The notes under the pieces are model-generated. The model was not told where the DNA came from and searched no databases. It worked only from the letters and a program-made list of their open reading frames with translations. The position numbers and the translations under genes are program-made. Positions 8,910-18,224 of a stretch of DNA of 64,000 nt are shown in pieces. Source of the stretch: a bacterium (GTDB lineage Bacteria; UBP15; UBA6099; JAJRTR01); the NCBI GenBank assembly GCA_024278215.1, contig JAJRTR010000140.1, positions 6,716-70,715 on the forward strand, read 5' to 3'. Position 1 is the first letter of the stretch. Each line of letters begins with the position of its first letter.

Positions 8910-11357
8910 ATGAAAAAGACGGAGAATCGTGGAAAAGTATTAGCAGCATTACTGTTTGCTTTTGCGCTGGCGCTTGCCGGTTGCGGCGGTGGTGGCGGTG
9001 GAACTACAGCCACAACACCCGCTCCCACAGGCGGAAGCGCAGATAAAGTTGTAACCATTTCAGGAGATTTCAATGAAACCGCATCCCGTGTTGCAGGCCG
9101 CAGCGCCGCCGCCACAGCCAATGCCTCCGTCCTTGTATATGAGGCGGGAGATGCCGATAAGACACGGCTCAACTCCTCGAGCGACATGACCGATGCCGAC
9201 GGCAATTACACTGTGAGCATCGACTTCGGAACGAAAACGACAATGGACATAATCGTGGAACTGGTCGGGCAGAACCTGAAGGTGGCCGTGGACAACCTTA
9301 CAAGCGATAAAACAACGGTTAACGGGGACCCCGACACGACACGCAAAGCAAAAATATTCGATCTTATCCCGAGCGAAGCGCTTTCCGACATTTCGCTGCT
9401 CGACAATATTTTCGACAGTGAGAATGTTGATATTACAACAGCGCTGACCTCCTCGACACTCGCATCACAGTTTATGACCGACATGAAGACCGTGGTGAGC
9501 ACCTGCAACATTGCGACTTCTTCACTTTCCAATGACGATAAAACCTGCATAGCGGATAAAATCAACGACATAGCGGCAACGTCCAGTGCCGCCCAGGCAG
9601 TGAAAGACCTTGTGGAATCTCTCGAGGCAACGTACAGGGAAGAACTGGACCTTCCCGATCCGGCCGACTATTTCTCTGTCGCCGGCACATTCACCGGCGG
9701 CGCAAACCAGTCTGTGCTGGTCTACCAGGCAGGCGACACGGCGAAAACACAGTTGAACTCGCCTGGCGACATGACCGACGCGAATGGGAACTTCGACGTG
9801 CAAGTCTATGTCGGGAGCGGCAACACGATCGACATAATTATCGAGCTTGCCGGGCAAAACCTGAAAACAGCGGTGGATGATTTCGCCACGGACGTTTCCG
9901 GGCTGACCGGCGACGCGGGCTCGACGCGAAAGGCCGCCGTCTTCGACCTTGCTCCGGATAAACCGCTCGCGACAATTTCCATCATCGACGATATGTACGA
10001 CAACGAGAACTACGATATCTCATCAGTTATCACGAGCGCATCGCTCGCGGACTCATTCCTGTCCGACATCAGTTCCGTCATCAGCGTCTGCTCGCTTGCG
10101 GACGGTTCGCTGGACACATCGGAAAAAACCTGTGCGACGGGTGAACTCTCCTCTATCCTTTCGACAACAACAGCAGTAGACACGGTGAAAGATCTGATCG
10201 AGTCTATCGAGATAGCTTACAAGGTTGAACTGGGCACCGGCACCGACTACGAATACATGGCAAACACGGCCCGCAACGAAGACCGTGACGACCTCGAAGT
10301 CATTTACGAGATATTCTCGGACGGCCAGGTCAGCCTCAGTTCTCTTACCGAGACGGAAATACAGGAACTCGTATCGAAGATGCAGAGAGCTATCACCGCA
10401 TGGAAGAAAACATACGACACAACAGTTGGGAAACGCGTTGCGATAAAGGACGAATGCCTTGCGCTCCAGAAGGGCGAAACATTCGCCGACTCGACGGTGG
10501 AAAGCAAAATCGTATACTTGAAAAGCAATCTTGTTCAACTGATACAGGCCGACGCCGCCGCGCTGTCCACGCTGATTTCAGAAACAGACATGGGCAGCCT
10601 TATAAGCGGCTACGATGTAATACGCGGAGTGCTGATCGACTCGTTTGTCAACGATGCACAGGCGACAAGCGGCCAGGCGCTCGACGGTGTCGAGGGTCTG
10701 CTGCTGGTGGTGGCCGCGCTGGGCGCGTCGTCTGAAGACACTTCGTCGATGGGCGGCATCATGGACAACTGGGTAACCGAATGGGACAAGACTGATGTCG
10801 AGGCCGACCTGATGAACGGGCTCGCCCCGCTCGACATGGACGACTCCGACAAGACGGAAAACCTTATGCGCCTCGCCCATGATCTCCAGGCAGAACTCCC
10901 CGCGGACCCGACAGACGAGCAGATTCTCACTATTCTCAACAGGTATCTCACTACCGAAACCAGCACCGAAGCGCTCGCTCTTTATCATCAATACAAGGAC
11001 AACAACTGTGAATACGGCTACGAGTTGAACGGTCTCAACAGCATAACATTCACCGTCAACAACTCCGCCTGCCCCGGCAAGGAGGAGGTTATCCACCTCA
11101 TCGAAACGCATTATGAAAAAGGCACGCTTACGAAACTGCGCGCGGTGGTCGACGGCATCGAGGATTATCTTAAAGCGATTCCCACGACGGATGAGCTCGC
11201 CGTCGGAAGCGCGTTTTCAATCGCGCAGAATGTTCTCGACGACATGAAAGCAAGCGAAGCGAATAAAACCGAACTCAGCGCCGCGCTCAGTGCGGCGGGT
11301 GTCAAGCCGGAACTCTTCTGGCTCTACATGAACCTCGAACCATATATGAGCGAATGA
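8910..11357 (+). CDS. Lipoprotein with an internal ~170-aa tandem duplication
   Basis: Lipobox LALAGC followed by a Gly run. ATG 8910 is preceded by GGAGAGG. Two paralogous modules (VLVYEAGDADKTRLNSSSDMTDADGNY... and VLVYQAGDTAKTQLNSPGDMTDANGNF...). TGA stop followed by a terminator. Confidence 0.75.
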   Translation: MKKTENRGKVLAALLFAFALALAGCGGGGGGTTATTPAPTGGSADKVVTISGDFNETASRVAGRSAAATANASVLVYEAGDADKTRLNSSSDMTDADGNYTVSIDFGTKTTMDIIVELVGQNLKVAVDNLTSDKTTVNGDPDTTRKAKIFDLIPSEALSDISLLDNIFDSENVDITTALTSSTLASQFMTDMKTVVSTCNIATSSLSNDDKTCIADKINDIAATSSAAQAVKDLVESLEATYREELDLPDPADYFSVAGTFTGGANQSVLVYQAGDTAKTQLNSPGDMTDANGNFDVQVYVGSGNTIDIIIELAGQNLKTAVDDFATDVSGLTGDAGSTRKAAVFDLAPDKPLATISIIDDMYDNENYDISSVITSASLADSFLSDISSVISVCSLADGSLDTSEKTCATGELSSILSTTTAVDTVKDLIESIEIAYKVELGTGTDYEYMANTARNEDRDDLEVIYEIFSDGQVSLSSLTETEIQELVSKMQRAITAWKKTYDTTVGKRVAIKDECLALQKGETFADSTVESKIVYLKSNLVQLIQADAAALSTLISETDMGSLISGYDVIRGVLIDSFVNDAQATSGQALDGVEGLLLVVAALGASSEDTSSMGGIMDNWVTEWDKTDVEADLMNGLAPLDMDDSDKTENLMRLAHDLQAELPADPTDEQILTILNRYLTTETSTEALALYHQYKDNNCEYGYELNGLNSITFTVNNSACPGKEEVIHLIETHYEKGTLTKLRAVVDGIEDYLKAIPTTDELAVGSAFSIAQNVLDDMKASEANKTELSAALSAAGVKPELFWLYMNLEPYMSE

Positions 11358-11386
11358 CATCGGGCGCACGGAAAACGGACATTTAC

Positions 11387-11420
11387 AGAAGGGAGCTTTC
11401 ATTAGCTCCCTTCTTTGCTT
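11387..11420 (+). terminator. Rho-independent terminator after the lipoprotein gene
   Basis: AGAAGGGAGCT-TTCATT-AGCTCCCTTCT (11-bp perfect stem) followed by TTGCTT. Confidence 0.7.
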
Positions 11421-11465
11421 ATACTTAAGATTTATAGCATTGCAATTATCTCGGGAGACGCAATT

Positions 11466-12263
11466 TTGAGAATAACAGAAAGATTAGCTTATTGCCTTGT
11501 TTTCATTGCCGTTGTAGCCATTGCCTCAGCAGCAGGCGCGGCGGAGGGGCTGCCGGGATACACCGGTAAGTTCGATTTCGTGCATCCTGCCAGTATATGG
11601 GGCGACGGCATGCGCGTTGCAGTAATGACAGACAAAAACCTTGCCTTATACGAGGGCCAGGAACTGCCCGTAATACGCGACAAAGAGTTTATCGGTATGG
11701 TCTATATTACGGAAATCGGCATGCTTAACGCAATGGGCGAGTTCTACCCGCATAAACAGCTCACACTGATCAAGGGAACAGACAATATCGTCGTCCCGAA
11801 AAAAGACACGCTTCCCCGCTCACTGCCCACGCCCGGCACAGCACAGATAATATACTTTTCAAAATCACCCGCGAATCTCTGGGTTTTCATCGACGCGGGC
11901 ACACTCGACAGCCTCACGGAACGCACCGAAGGAAAAGCATTCCGCGACGGATTTTATGTCGGCAAATTCGAAATGGTTTTTGTCGGACGCCACTTCTCTT
12001 ACGGCAGGCTTATTCGCGAAGCTATCGTGCCGCTGGCGGTAGTCCAGGAACTGCGCATCGTGTTTCCCGACGTCATTGATAAACTCAAAAAAAGCGGCGG
12101 CAAGAATGTCGCGCCCAGCACATATCCGCCCGGCGTCAATCCGTTCAAAAGCAAAAACAAGGGGAAAAGCGGCAACACAAAAAAGAAGAAAAGTAAGTTC
12201 AAGGATAACAACGGCGGTGATAAAGAAAAAGAAAGCGGCAATATCCTCCTGAGTCCGTTTTGA
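11466..12263 (+). CDS. Secreted protein with a Lys-rich C-terminal tail
   Basis: TTG 11466 is preceded by GGGAGA and lies downstream of the terminator. Signal peptide LAYCLVFIAVVAIASAAGAAEG. C-terminus KSKNKGKSGNTKKKKSKFKDNNGGDKEKE. The ORF track starts at TTG 11415, inside the terminator. Confidence 0.55.
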   Translation: MRITERLAYCLVFIAVVAIASAAGAAEGLPGYTGKFDFVHPASIWGDGMRVAVMTDKNLALYEGQELPVIRDKEFIGMVYITEIGMLNAMGEFYPHKQLTLIKGTDNIVVPKKDTLPRSLPTPGTAQIIYFSKSPANLWVFIDAGTLDSLTERTEGKAFRDGFYVGKFEMVFVGRHFSYGRLIREAIVPLAVVQELRIVFPDVIDKLKKSGGKNVAPSTYPPGVNPFKSKNKGKSGNTKKKKSKFKDNNGGDKEKESGNILLSPF

Positions 12264-12264
12264 T

Positions 12265-13494
12265 TCACCGGGATTCGCACCACTTTTTTATTTCATCAGT
12301 GATGATCATGCCCTGTGAAAGGTCGATGGACTCCTGGAGCGCGGGCAGTTTGTCGAGCATGATGTTTGCAATTGCTCCCATGGTGCTGATGTCGCTGACA
12401 GATGAGTTGAACAACCCGGTTTTCGCGCCGTCCGCAAATGGTTTGAGTTCCCAGATATTGAAGAGATCGCTTCGTTTGCTTTTTTCGTCGGTTGTAGTCA
12501 TTTTATCAGGCTTCTCGAAGGAGTAAATATTTATTCCCCGCGTGGCGATTTTTATCGGACCGAGCCTGATGATCTCGGTTTTCATCTTCACACGTGCGCC
12601 GTTTTCATCTTCAGACAGAACGCGCGACCTTGTTATCTGCGGTATGCGCCGGGCATAGTCTTTGAAGTCTGTAAGTATCTTCCAGACATCAGTCTGTTTC
12701 TTATTCACAAGCACCGCGGCGGTTGCGATCTCCCGGACTCCGATGCGTGAGAGGAAGCCCACCCGACCGCCTTCAAGCAGTTTGAGCAAGTCGGCCTTGT
12801 CCATCCCTTTCCACATCAGCTCCGAGCCTGTGGGCGCGTAAGATAGTGGTTTGCCCTGTGCCTTCTCGACTATAGCTTTGACAAAAACGATTGCGCTCGA
12901 CAGATTTATCGCCATCACGGTGGCGGGCTGTCTGGCGAGCGCACCGCCGACAATCGGATTCACCGACGCCAGGTCGGATGTGATAGCGTATATCGCAACG
13001 GTTTTCTTACCGTCGGCCACGGGATACAGTTCCCAGTAGCCTTCGACGTTCTTCACGTCGCCTTCCACCCAGTGGATATTAGCGCGGCGGGGCGGCTCCA
13101 GATTATAGTGCAATGTGTATTTCGCCTTTATATTTATCAGACTCATTTTTAGAACGCTTATCTCGAACCGGACATCGACAGTGTTCCCGTCGCGCTTCAG
13201 TTCTTTAGTCAACATCGTATCGGGCATCAATGTCGAGTAGCCATTGAAATCGGTGACGACCTGCCAGAGTTTGTCCGGGGGCGCATCGGCAAGTATGCCT
13301 ATGCTGCACATCTCGATGCCGCCTTCTCCTACGGAATCCACGGATATGAGTTCGCCCTTTTCGAGTATGGTAGCGAGCACTTCCTTGTCCATGCCGCGCC
13401 ACGACGGTATGTTGTCGGGGATATCCAGCGCAAGCGCCACGACCGGCATCAACAGCATCAGGATAAATGCGGGAAACTGGATGGTTCTTTTCAT
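12265..13494 (-). CDS. Secreted protein with two SRPBCC (START/polyketide-cyclase-like) domains
   Basis: Signal peptide MKRTIQFPAFILMLLMPVVALA. Duplicated pattern (LWQVVTDFNGYSTLMP..., VWKILTDFKDYARRIP...) typical of SRPBCC ligand-binding domains. Confidence 0.65.
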   Translation of the reverse strand: MKRTIQFPAFILMLLMPVVALALDIPDNIPSWRGMDKEVLATILEKGELISVDSVGEGGIEMCSIGILADAPPDKLWQVVTDFNGYSTLMPDTMLTKELKRDGNTVDVRFEISVLKMSLINIKAKYTLHYNLEPPRRANIHWVEGDVKNVEGYWELYPVADGKKTVAIYAITSDLASVNPIVGGALARQPATVMAINLSSAIVFVKAIVEKAQGKPLSYAPTGSELMWKGMDKADLLKLLEGGRVGFLSRIGVREIATAAVLVNKKQTDVWKILTDFKDYARRIPQITRSRVLSEDENGARVKMKTEIIRLGPIKIATRGINIYSFEKPDKMTTTDEKSKRSDLFNIWELKPFADGAKTGLFNSSVSDISTMGAIANIMLDKLPALQESIDLSQGMIITDEIKKWCESR

Positions 13495-13678
13495 ATTTAT
13501 TCGGCCCCTTTTTGTTATTGCGGAAACTATACTCTCACATTACAGTTGAAGAAGGAAGGTGTCAAGAGATAATCTATACATGTAGCAGCGCTGAAATTGC
13601 AAAAAAATTGATTTGAAGTTACGATCTTAGTGGTGCTGACAGGTTATTATGGGACAACATGATATAGAATACATGTCA

Positions 13679-13857
13679 GAGCCAATTGCAATATTATGTT
13701 CGTAGCGAGGTCGAGCGAAATTATCCAGAGCAAGGAGGAGGTGTAAAATCCTCGCTGGCGTACTTGTAGAGTACGTCGAGAACGATTTTGTACCGACAAC
13801 GCAGCTATGGACAACCAGCAGCCAACCGCAGCAGAATCGTAATTTTGCAATTGGCTC
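13679..13857 (+). mobile_element. MITE-like foldback element, copy A (179 bp)
   Basis: Starts GAGCCAATTGCAATAT and ends ATTTTGCAATTGGCTC. Flanked by direct repeat GTCA/GTCA. About 90% identical by eye to copies at 24499, 26443 and 54043. No credible ORF. Confidence 0.85.
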
Positions 13858-13884
13858 GTCAGACAATGGAGCGGGTGGTTTAAT

Positions 13885-15333
13885 ATGGAACTGAGTCACG
13901 CTCACCTGCGCATCGGTGCGAGCGATGTGAAGAGCGATCTCAAACAGCGGATGATCAACAGGCTTCACTGGATACACGTGATGCGCTGGTTCGCGGTGGG
14001 CGTCGCATGTATCGCGATGCTTTCCGCGTGGTTTCTGTACAGGCTGCCGCTCCATTACGCCGCGCTTGCGTCTTCCGTACTGCTGCTTGCGATATTCAAT
14101 GTAACATTTACATACGCCGGGCGTCGTTTCGATCATGAAACCACGCCGATGTGGAAATTCAACCGCCTGATATATTCAGAAATATCTGTCGATTTCATAT
14201 TGCTCGCCTGCATGATTCACCTCACCGGCGGGATCAGCAATTTTTTCGCTTTCTATTACGTTCTGCATATCGTAATCGGCAACCTGCTCGTGCCGCGCAA
14301 GGTCGGCTATTTCATGGCGGCCATGGGCACATTGCTCGTCGGTGCAGTCGCCATTCTCGAAATGAAAGGTATCCTGCCTCATTATTCACTGGGTTCCTTC
14401 GCGCCCGACAACGCTTATGCCGAACCCGGCTATGTGTTCCACTACATGATCATTTTATCCGGACTGCTTTTCGCCATGTCTTATGTCGCATCTACTCTTT
14501 CCATGATGATTTACCGAAGGGAACGCTACCTGACCGAACTGAAAGAAAAACTCGAAGTATGGAACCGGCAGATGCGGCTTGCAAACGACCGTCTCATAGA
14601 GATCGACAGGACGAAAACGCAGTTTATGCGGCTGTCGGGGCACGAGATACGCTCGCCCCTGAGCGCGATGCTAAGTATAATGCGGACGATACTCGAGGGG
14701 TACGTCAAGGAAGAAGGGAAGATACTCGAGATGATCGGCCTGGCGAACCGGCGCGCGAACGAAGCGCTCGAGATCACTAATAAGCTCCTGCAACTCGCCC
14801 GCGAAAAAGGCAAAGACCTCGAACCCGAATCCTTCGACATGATCGCCGAAACTATAGCGGAGATCAAGGAAATCGGGCCGCTCGCCGAAAAACATTTTGT
14901 CAGTGTCGACCTCGAACCCCCGACCGCCGATTCGATACTCGTGCATGTAGACCGCGAAAGTTTTCGCCTGGCTGTTCAGAATCTTCTTTCAAACGCGATA
15001 ATATATTCGAACCCGGAAAGCAGGGTAACCGTGCATCTCGAAAAGTGGCATGACAAGGGCATGGTGATCATTGTCGACCGCGGTATCGGCATACCCGAGG
15101 AGTTCATGCCCGGCATCTACGACGAGTTCAGCCGCGCGCGCAACGCACGCAAACACGACCACTCGGGCACAGGGCTCGGCATGTCCATCACAAGGCAGGC
15201 GGCCGTCAACATCGGCGGCAGCATCACCGTCAGAAGCATTTCGCTTCAGGGAACTGTAGCCCGCCTCACGGTGCCGCTCAGGAAAAATGAATCGTCGGTC
15301 GACGACTCCGAAGCGCAACAGCAACTCGCATAA
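13885..15333 (+). CDS. Membrane sensor histidine kinase
   Basis: N-terminal TM helices. HisKA H-box (LSGHEIRSPLSAM). HATPase N, G1 and G2 boxes (NLLSNAIIYS, DRGIGIP, GTGLGMSI). TAA stop. Confidence 0.85.
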   Translation: MELSHAHLRIGASDVKSDLKQRMINRLHWIHVMRWFAVGVACIAMLSAWFLYRLPLHYAALASSVLLLAIFNVTFTYAGRRFDHETTPMWKFNRLIYSEISVDFILLACMIHLTGGISNFFAFYYVLHIVIGNLLVPRKVGYFMAAMGTLLVGAVAILEMKGILPHYSLGSFAPDNAYAEPGYVFHYMIILSGLLFAMSYVASTLSMMIYRRERYLTELKEKLEVWNRQMRLANDRLIEIDRTKTQFMRLSGHEIRSPLSAMLSIMRTILEGYVKEEGKILEMIGLANRRANEALEITNKLLQLAREKGKDLEPESFDMIAETIAEIKEIGPLAEKHFVSVDLEPPTADSILVHVDRESFRLAVQNLLSNAIIYSNPESRVTVHLEKWHDKGMVIIVDRGIGIPEEFMPGIYDEFSRARNARKHDHSGTGLGMSITRQAAVNIGGSITVRSISLQGTVARLTVPLRKNESSVDDSEAQQQLA

Positions 15334-15409
15334 CAGAAAAACCCGGACGGTTTTTCTTGAGAAGGCAAACCCTGCAACAGCAACTTAGACAAAGGACAGA
15401 AACAGATAC

Positions 15410-16834
15410 ATGCTTGAAAAAGTGGAAACGACAACAGACAGAACACTTATAAAAAATGTCGATCTTCTTGATGTGAAAAACGGTGATATAAGCAAGACTG
15501 TGAATGTGTTCGCATCGGGAGGAGTGATAGCGGATGTGGATGCCGCCCCCAAGCGGGAAGATTGCGATGTGATCGACGGGCAAGGCTATACGATGATCCC
15601 CGGCCTCATAAACTGCCACGCCCACATACTGAGTCCGTTTATATCCGAGCAGGACGGGCTGCCCGGCCTGTGGTCGTTGCACCAGATGCGCCTCAACATG
15701 GAGGCGACACTCGCGGCAGGCGTCGTCTGCGTGAGGGACCTGCTTGCGGTGATACATGTGATGAATCGAATGAGAGCGAAAATCGAATCCGGAAAAATCG
15801 CCGGCCCCGACATCGTGGCGGCAGGTCCGGTGCTGAGTTGTAAAGGCGGATACCCTGAGTTCATAACACCGTTGTACTTTCCTCTGTCGGCGATAGCCGG
15901 TCAACCGAAGTTGCATCTGCGCACAGTCAAAAAAGCCGTGGCCATGGTTCGCCATATCCACAAATGCGGCGCGGAAGTCGCAAAAGTCGGCTACACTTCA
16001 TTCACACGAGATTTCTTTTCAAAGAATAATATGCCGACAATATCCGACGAGGTTTTTGACGCTGTATGCAGCACCGCCCACAAACTCGATATGAAGGTGG
16101 CTGTGCATCACAACTGGGCGGACGATGTGCCGAAGATACTGCGCGCGGATATCGATTCGCTCGAACATGTCGTTTACGACCGGGAAATGAACGACCGGGA
16201 AATCGCCATGATCAAGGACAGCGGTGTGGTTGTTGTGCCGACTTTGACGATCTCGAACAGCATGGCGCGTCTCGAGGAAAAGAGAGGATTCCTGCACAGC
16301 GAACGCGCGAAAGAACGCTTCGACTATCATGCGCTGGAACATCTCCAGTGGATCGCCGATACGTGGCTCGACTTTAACGGGGAAAAATACGACAAGTCGT
16401 TCGGCTTCTGGCGCGCAAACAGAAAACATTCCGCTATAACAGAGCGAAACGCCACAAAACTGTACGAGGCGGGTGTGCCGCTGTGCGCCGGGACAGACCT
16501 GGGCGCGGTGGTCGCCTGGCCGGGTGAGCTTGCCGACGAAATAAAACGGCTCCACCACATCGGCATGACAAAGCTCGAAGCTATCCAGGCAGCTACAATA
16601 AATGCGGCGAAACTTGTCGGCCGGGAAAAGCTTCTCGGCTCCGTCGAAGTCGGAAAAAGGTCGGATGTCGTTCTCGTCGAAGGCAATCCGCTCGATGACC
16701 TCGACGCGCTCAAGAAGGTTCGCCTTGTGGGCCGGGGTGGCCGATGGTACAGGCCGCTGCACTCGGAAGTACCGGACTTCTGGCCCGGCTACAATGTGCT
16801 CTCCCACTACGACGAGTCGGAAGATACTCTTTAA
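15410..16834 (+). CDS. Amidohydrolase-family metal-dependent hydrolase
   Basis: GLINCHAHIL (HxH metal motif), later VAVHH and GTDLG, and C-terminal GSVEVGKRSDVVLVEGNPL typical of the amidohydrolase fold. Confidence 0.8.
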   Translation: MLEKVETTTDRTLIKNVDLLDVKNGDISKTVNVFASGGVIADVDAAPKREDCDVIDGQGYTMIPGLINCHAHILSPFISEQDGLPGLWSLHQMRLNMEATLAAGVVCVRDLLAVIHVMNRMRAKIESGKIAGPDIVAAGPVLSCKGGYPEFITPLYFPLSAIAGQPKLHLRTVKKAVAMVRHIHKCGAEVAKVGYTSFTRDFFSKNNMPTISDEVFDAVCSTAHKLDMKVAVHHNWADDVPKILRADIDSLEHVVYDREMNDREIAMIKDSGVVVVPTLTISNSMARLEEKRGFLHSERAKERFDYHALEHLQWIADTWLDFNGEKYDKSFGFWRANRKHSAITERNATKLYEAGVPLCAGTDLGAVVAWPGELADEIKRLHHIGMTKLEAIQAATINAAKLVGREKLLGSVEVGKRSDVVLVEGNPLDDLDALKKVRLVGRGGRWYRPLHSEVPDFWPGYNVLSHYDESEDTL

Positions 16835-16887
16835 GATACTCAACAATATTTTGCCGATAAGCAGCACGGTCGAAAGTGCAGGAATAA

Positions 16888-18123
16888 ATGAAAACTAAAA
16901 CCAATTCTTTTTTGGCCGTTTTGTTTTTTGTCGCCGCGGTTCTTTCAACACCAGCAATCAGCGCGCTTGAGGACGGCGGCAATCATGCGGTAATCAATAC
17001 TTATTCTGTTTCTGTCGAAGGAAAATGGATCGACGCATTCGGACAGGCTGCCGGGGCTGAGATCGAATCGGTAATGCAGGCAAACGGTTTCGTCACGGCT
17101 GGAGGCGAAGGCGACAAGGATAATATCGCTATTCTGTTTCGTGTTAAAGAAGCGGAATCGAAAAAGAAAGTTAATCCCAGCGGGATGCTTCTCGCCGGAG
17201 GTATTTCATCGGCGGTCGCCCTGGATGTACGCATCGAGGCGGAGATGACCGCCGAGATCGCGGGCCACAGTATTTTCAGCGAGAGCATAGTACATAGAAA
17301 CAGGCCGCGCGAGCTTTTCTCGGGCTGGATACGAAGCCGCGGCGTCAAAAAACACGCGATAGAAAACGCGGCGAAAAAACTTGCGGCGCGTTTGATCGGG
17401 AGCCTGTCCGGAGGCAACGTAAATCCTGTTGTTCCACCACGCTCAAACGCTGATCTTCTTACAGGCGACGGGGATATATGGCCTGTGTTCAGGGGTGGTC
17501 TCGCGGCGATAGCGATACATGAAGCAGGCCATACGATAAACGCGCGCCTGCTGGGTCATGACGTTGAATTTAAGGGGAACGACTCGCGAACATTTGTCGA
17601 CGGGCCTGATATGACGCTGGGCCTTTCCCTGTTTTTCGCGCACAGGACAGGCAAAGACATGTTGCTTCCCCTGTTGCCGGATGTCACCTACGATTTCAAC
17701 CCGGTGGAGACTTCCAAGGGCGACATCTCCTATGTCGACAAATACGGCCGGCCTGTTTCCGGCGGCAGTCGCGACAGCGCCCTGCTTTCATACTCGGGAA
17801 TACTCTTTCAGAACATGACAAACGAGTACATACTTACTAAACATCCACGGCTGATAGACGAGGACAGGCCATTCCTAAAGGGCATTGTTCTGATGAACTT
17901 TTTCCTGCCTGCTTTTTATACAGTGAAGGGCTACGACGATCCGAACAGCGATCTGCTGCGGCTGCAAAGCGCTCTCGGAGCGGACCGATGGAAGGTTAAT
18001 TCCATGGTTCTACTCCCCACCGCTATCGACTTTTACCGCTACTACCATCCGGAAAAAAAGAAGCTGCGCCGTTACTCCAGGATAGCAAAACTTATTCCAC
18101 TAATCGTATGCCTGTCCGAGTAG
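16888..18123 (+). CDS. Secreted/membrane protein with an HExxH zinc-protease motif (M50-like HEAGHxxxxxxxG)
   Basis: Signal peptide MKTKTNSFLAVLFFVAAVLSTPAISA. Motif IHEAGHTINARLLGHD. TAG stop directly followed by a strong hairpin. Confidence 0.55.
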   Translation: MKTKTNSFLAVLFFVAAVLSTPAISALEDGGNHAVINTYSVSVEGKWIDAFGQAAGAEIESVMQANGFVTAGGEGDKDNIAILFRVKEAESKKKVNPSGMLLAGGISSAVALDVRIEAEMTAEIAGHSIFSESIVHRNRPRELFSGWIRSRGVKKHAIENAAKKLAARLIGSLSGGNVNPVVPPRSNADLLTGDGDIWPVFRGGLAAIAIHEAGHTINARLLGHDVEFKGNDSRTFVDGPDMTLGLSLFFAHRTGKDMLLPLLPDVTYDFNPVETSKGDISYVDKYGRPVSGGSRDSALLSYSGILFQNMTNEYILTKHPRLIDEDRPFLKGIVLMNFFLPAFYTVKGYDDPNSDLLRLQSALGADRWKVNSMVLLPTAIDFYRYYHPEKKKLRRYSRIAKLIPLIVCLSE

Positions 18124-18136
18124 GAGGAAATAGAGA

Positions 18137-18205
18137 AAATAGGGACAGTTCCCATTTATTTTCCAGCTTAGTTGGTTAAGCAATAAATGGTAACTGTCCC
18201 TATTT
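18137..18205. terminator. Bidirectional terminator hairpin between convergent genes
   Basis: 24-nt arms AAATAGGGACAGTTCCCATTTATT / AATAAATGGTAACTGTCCCTATTT with one mismatch, followed by a T-rich run. Confidence 0.7.
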
Positions 18206-18224
18206 TTCCTGTTTTTCCTGTTTT

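Noticed and set aside
13679-13857. The repeated 179-bp elements as a CRISPR array or tandem repeat
   Set aside because: Copies are kilobases apart, lie in both orientations and are separated by ordinary genes. There is no short direct repeat/spacer periodicity and no cas genes.
13627-14136. ORFs running through MITE copies (also 26298..26675 and the 5' extension of 54171..55076) that share the peptide ..STYSTSTPARILH..
   Set aside because: The shared peptide comes from translating the repeated DNA element. The frames and strands differ between copies and the ORFs have no consistent start.
18121-18123. Genome-wide reassignment of TAG to a sense codon as an explanation for the two internal TAGs
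   Set aside because: TAG ends at least five well-delimited genes at family-typical lengths: 16888..18123 (directly followed by a terminator), 23067..24131, 26811..27242, 36503..36922 and 55116..56201. TAG is therefore a normal stop here. Only local suppression or pseudogenisation remains possible.
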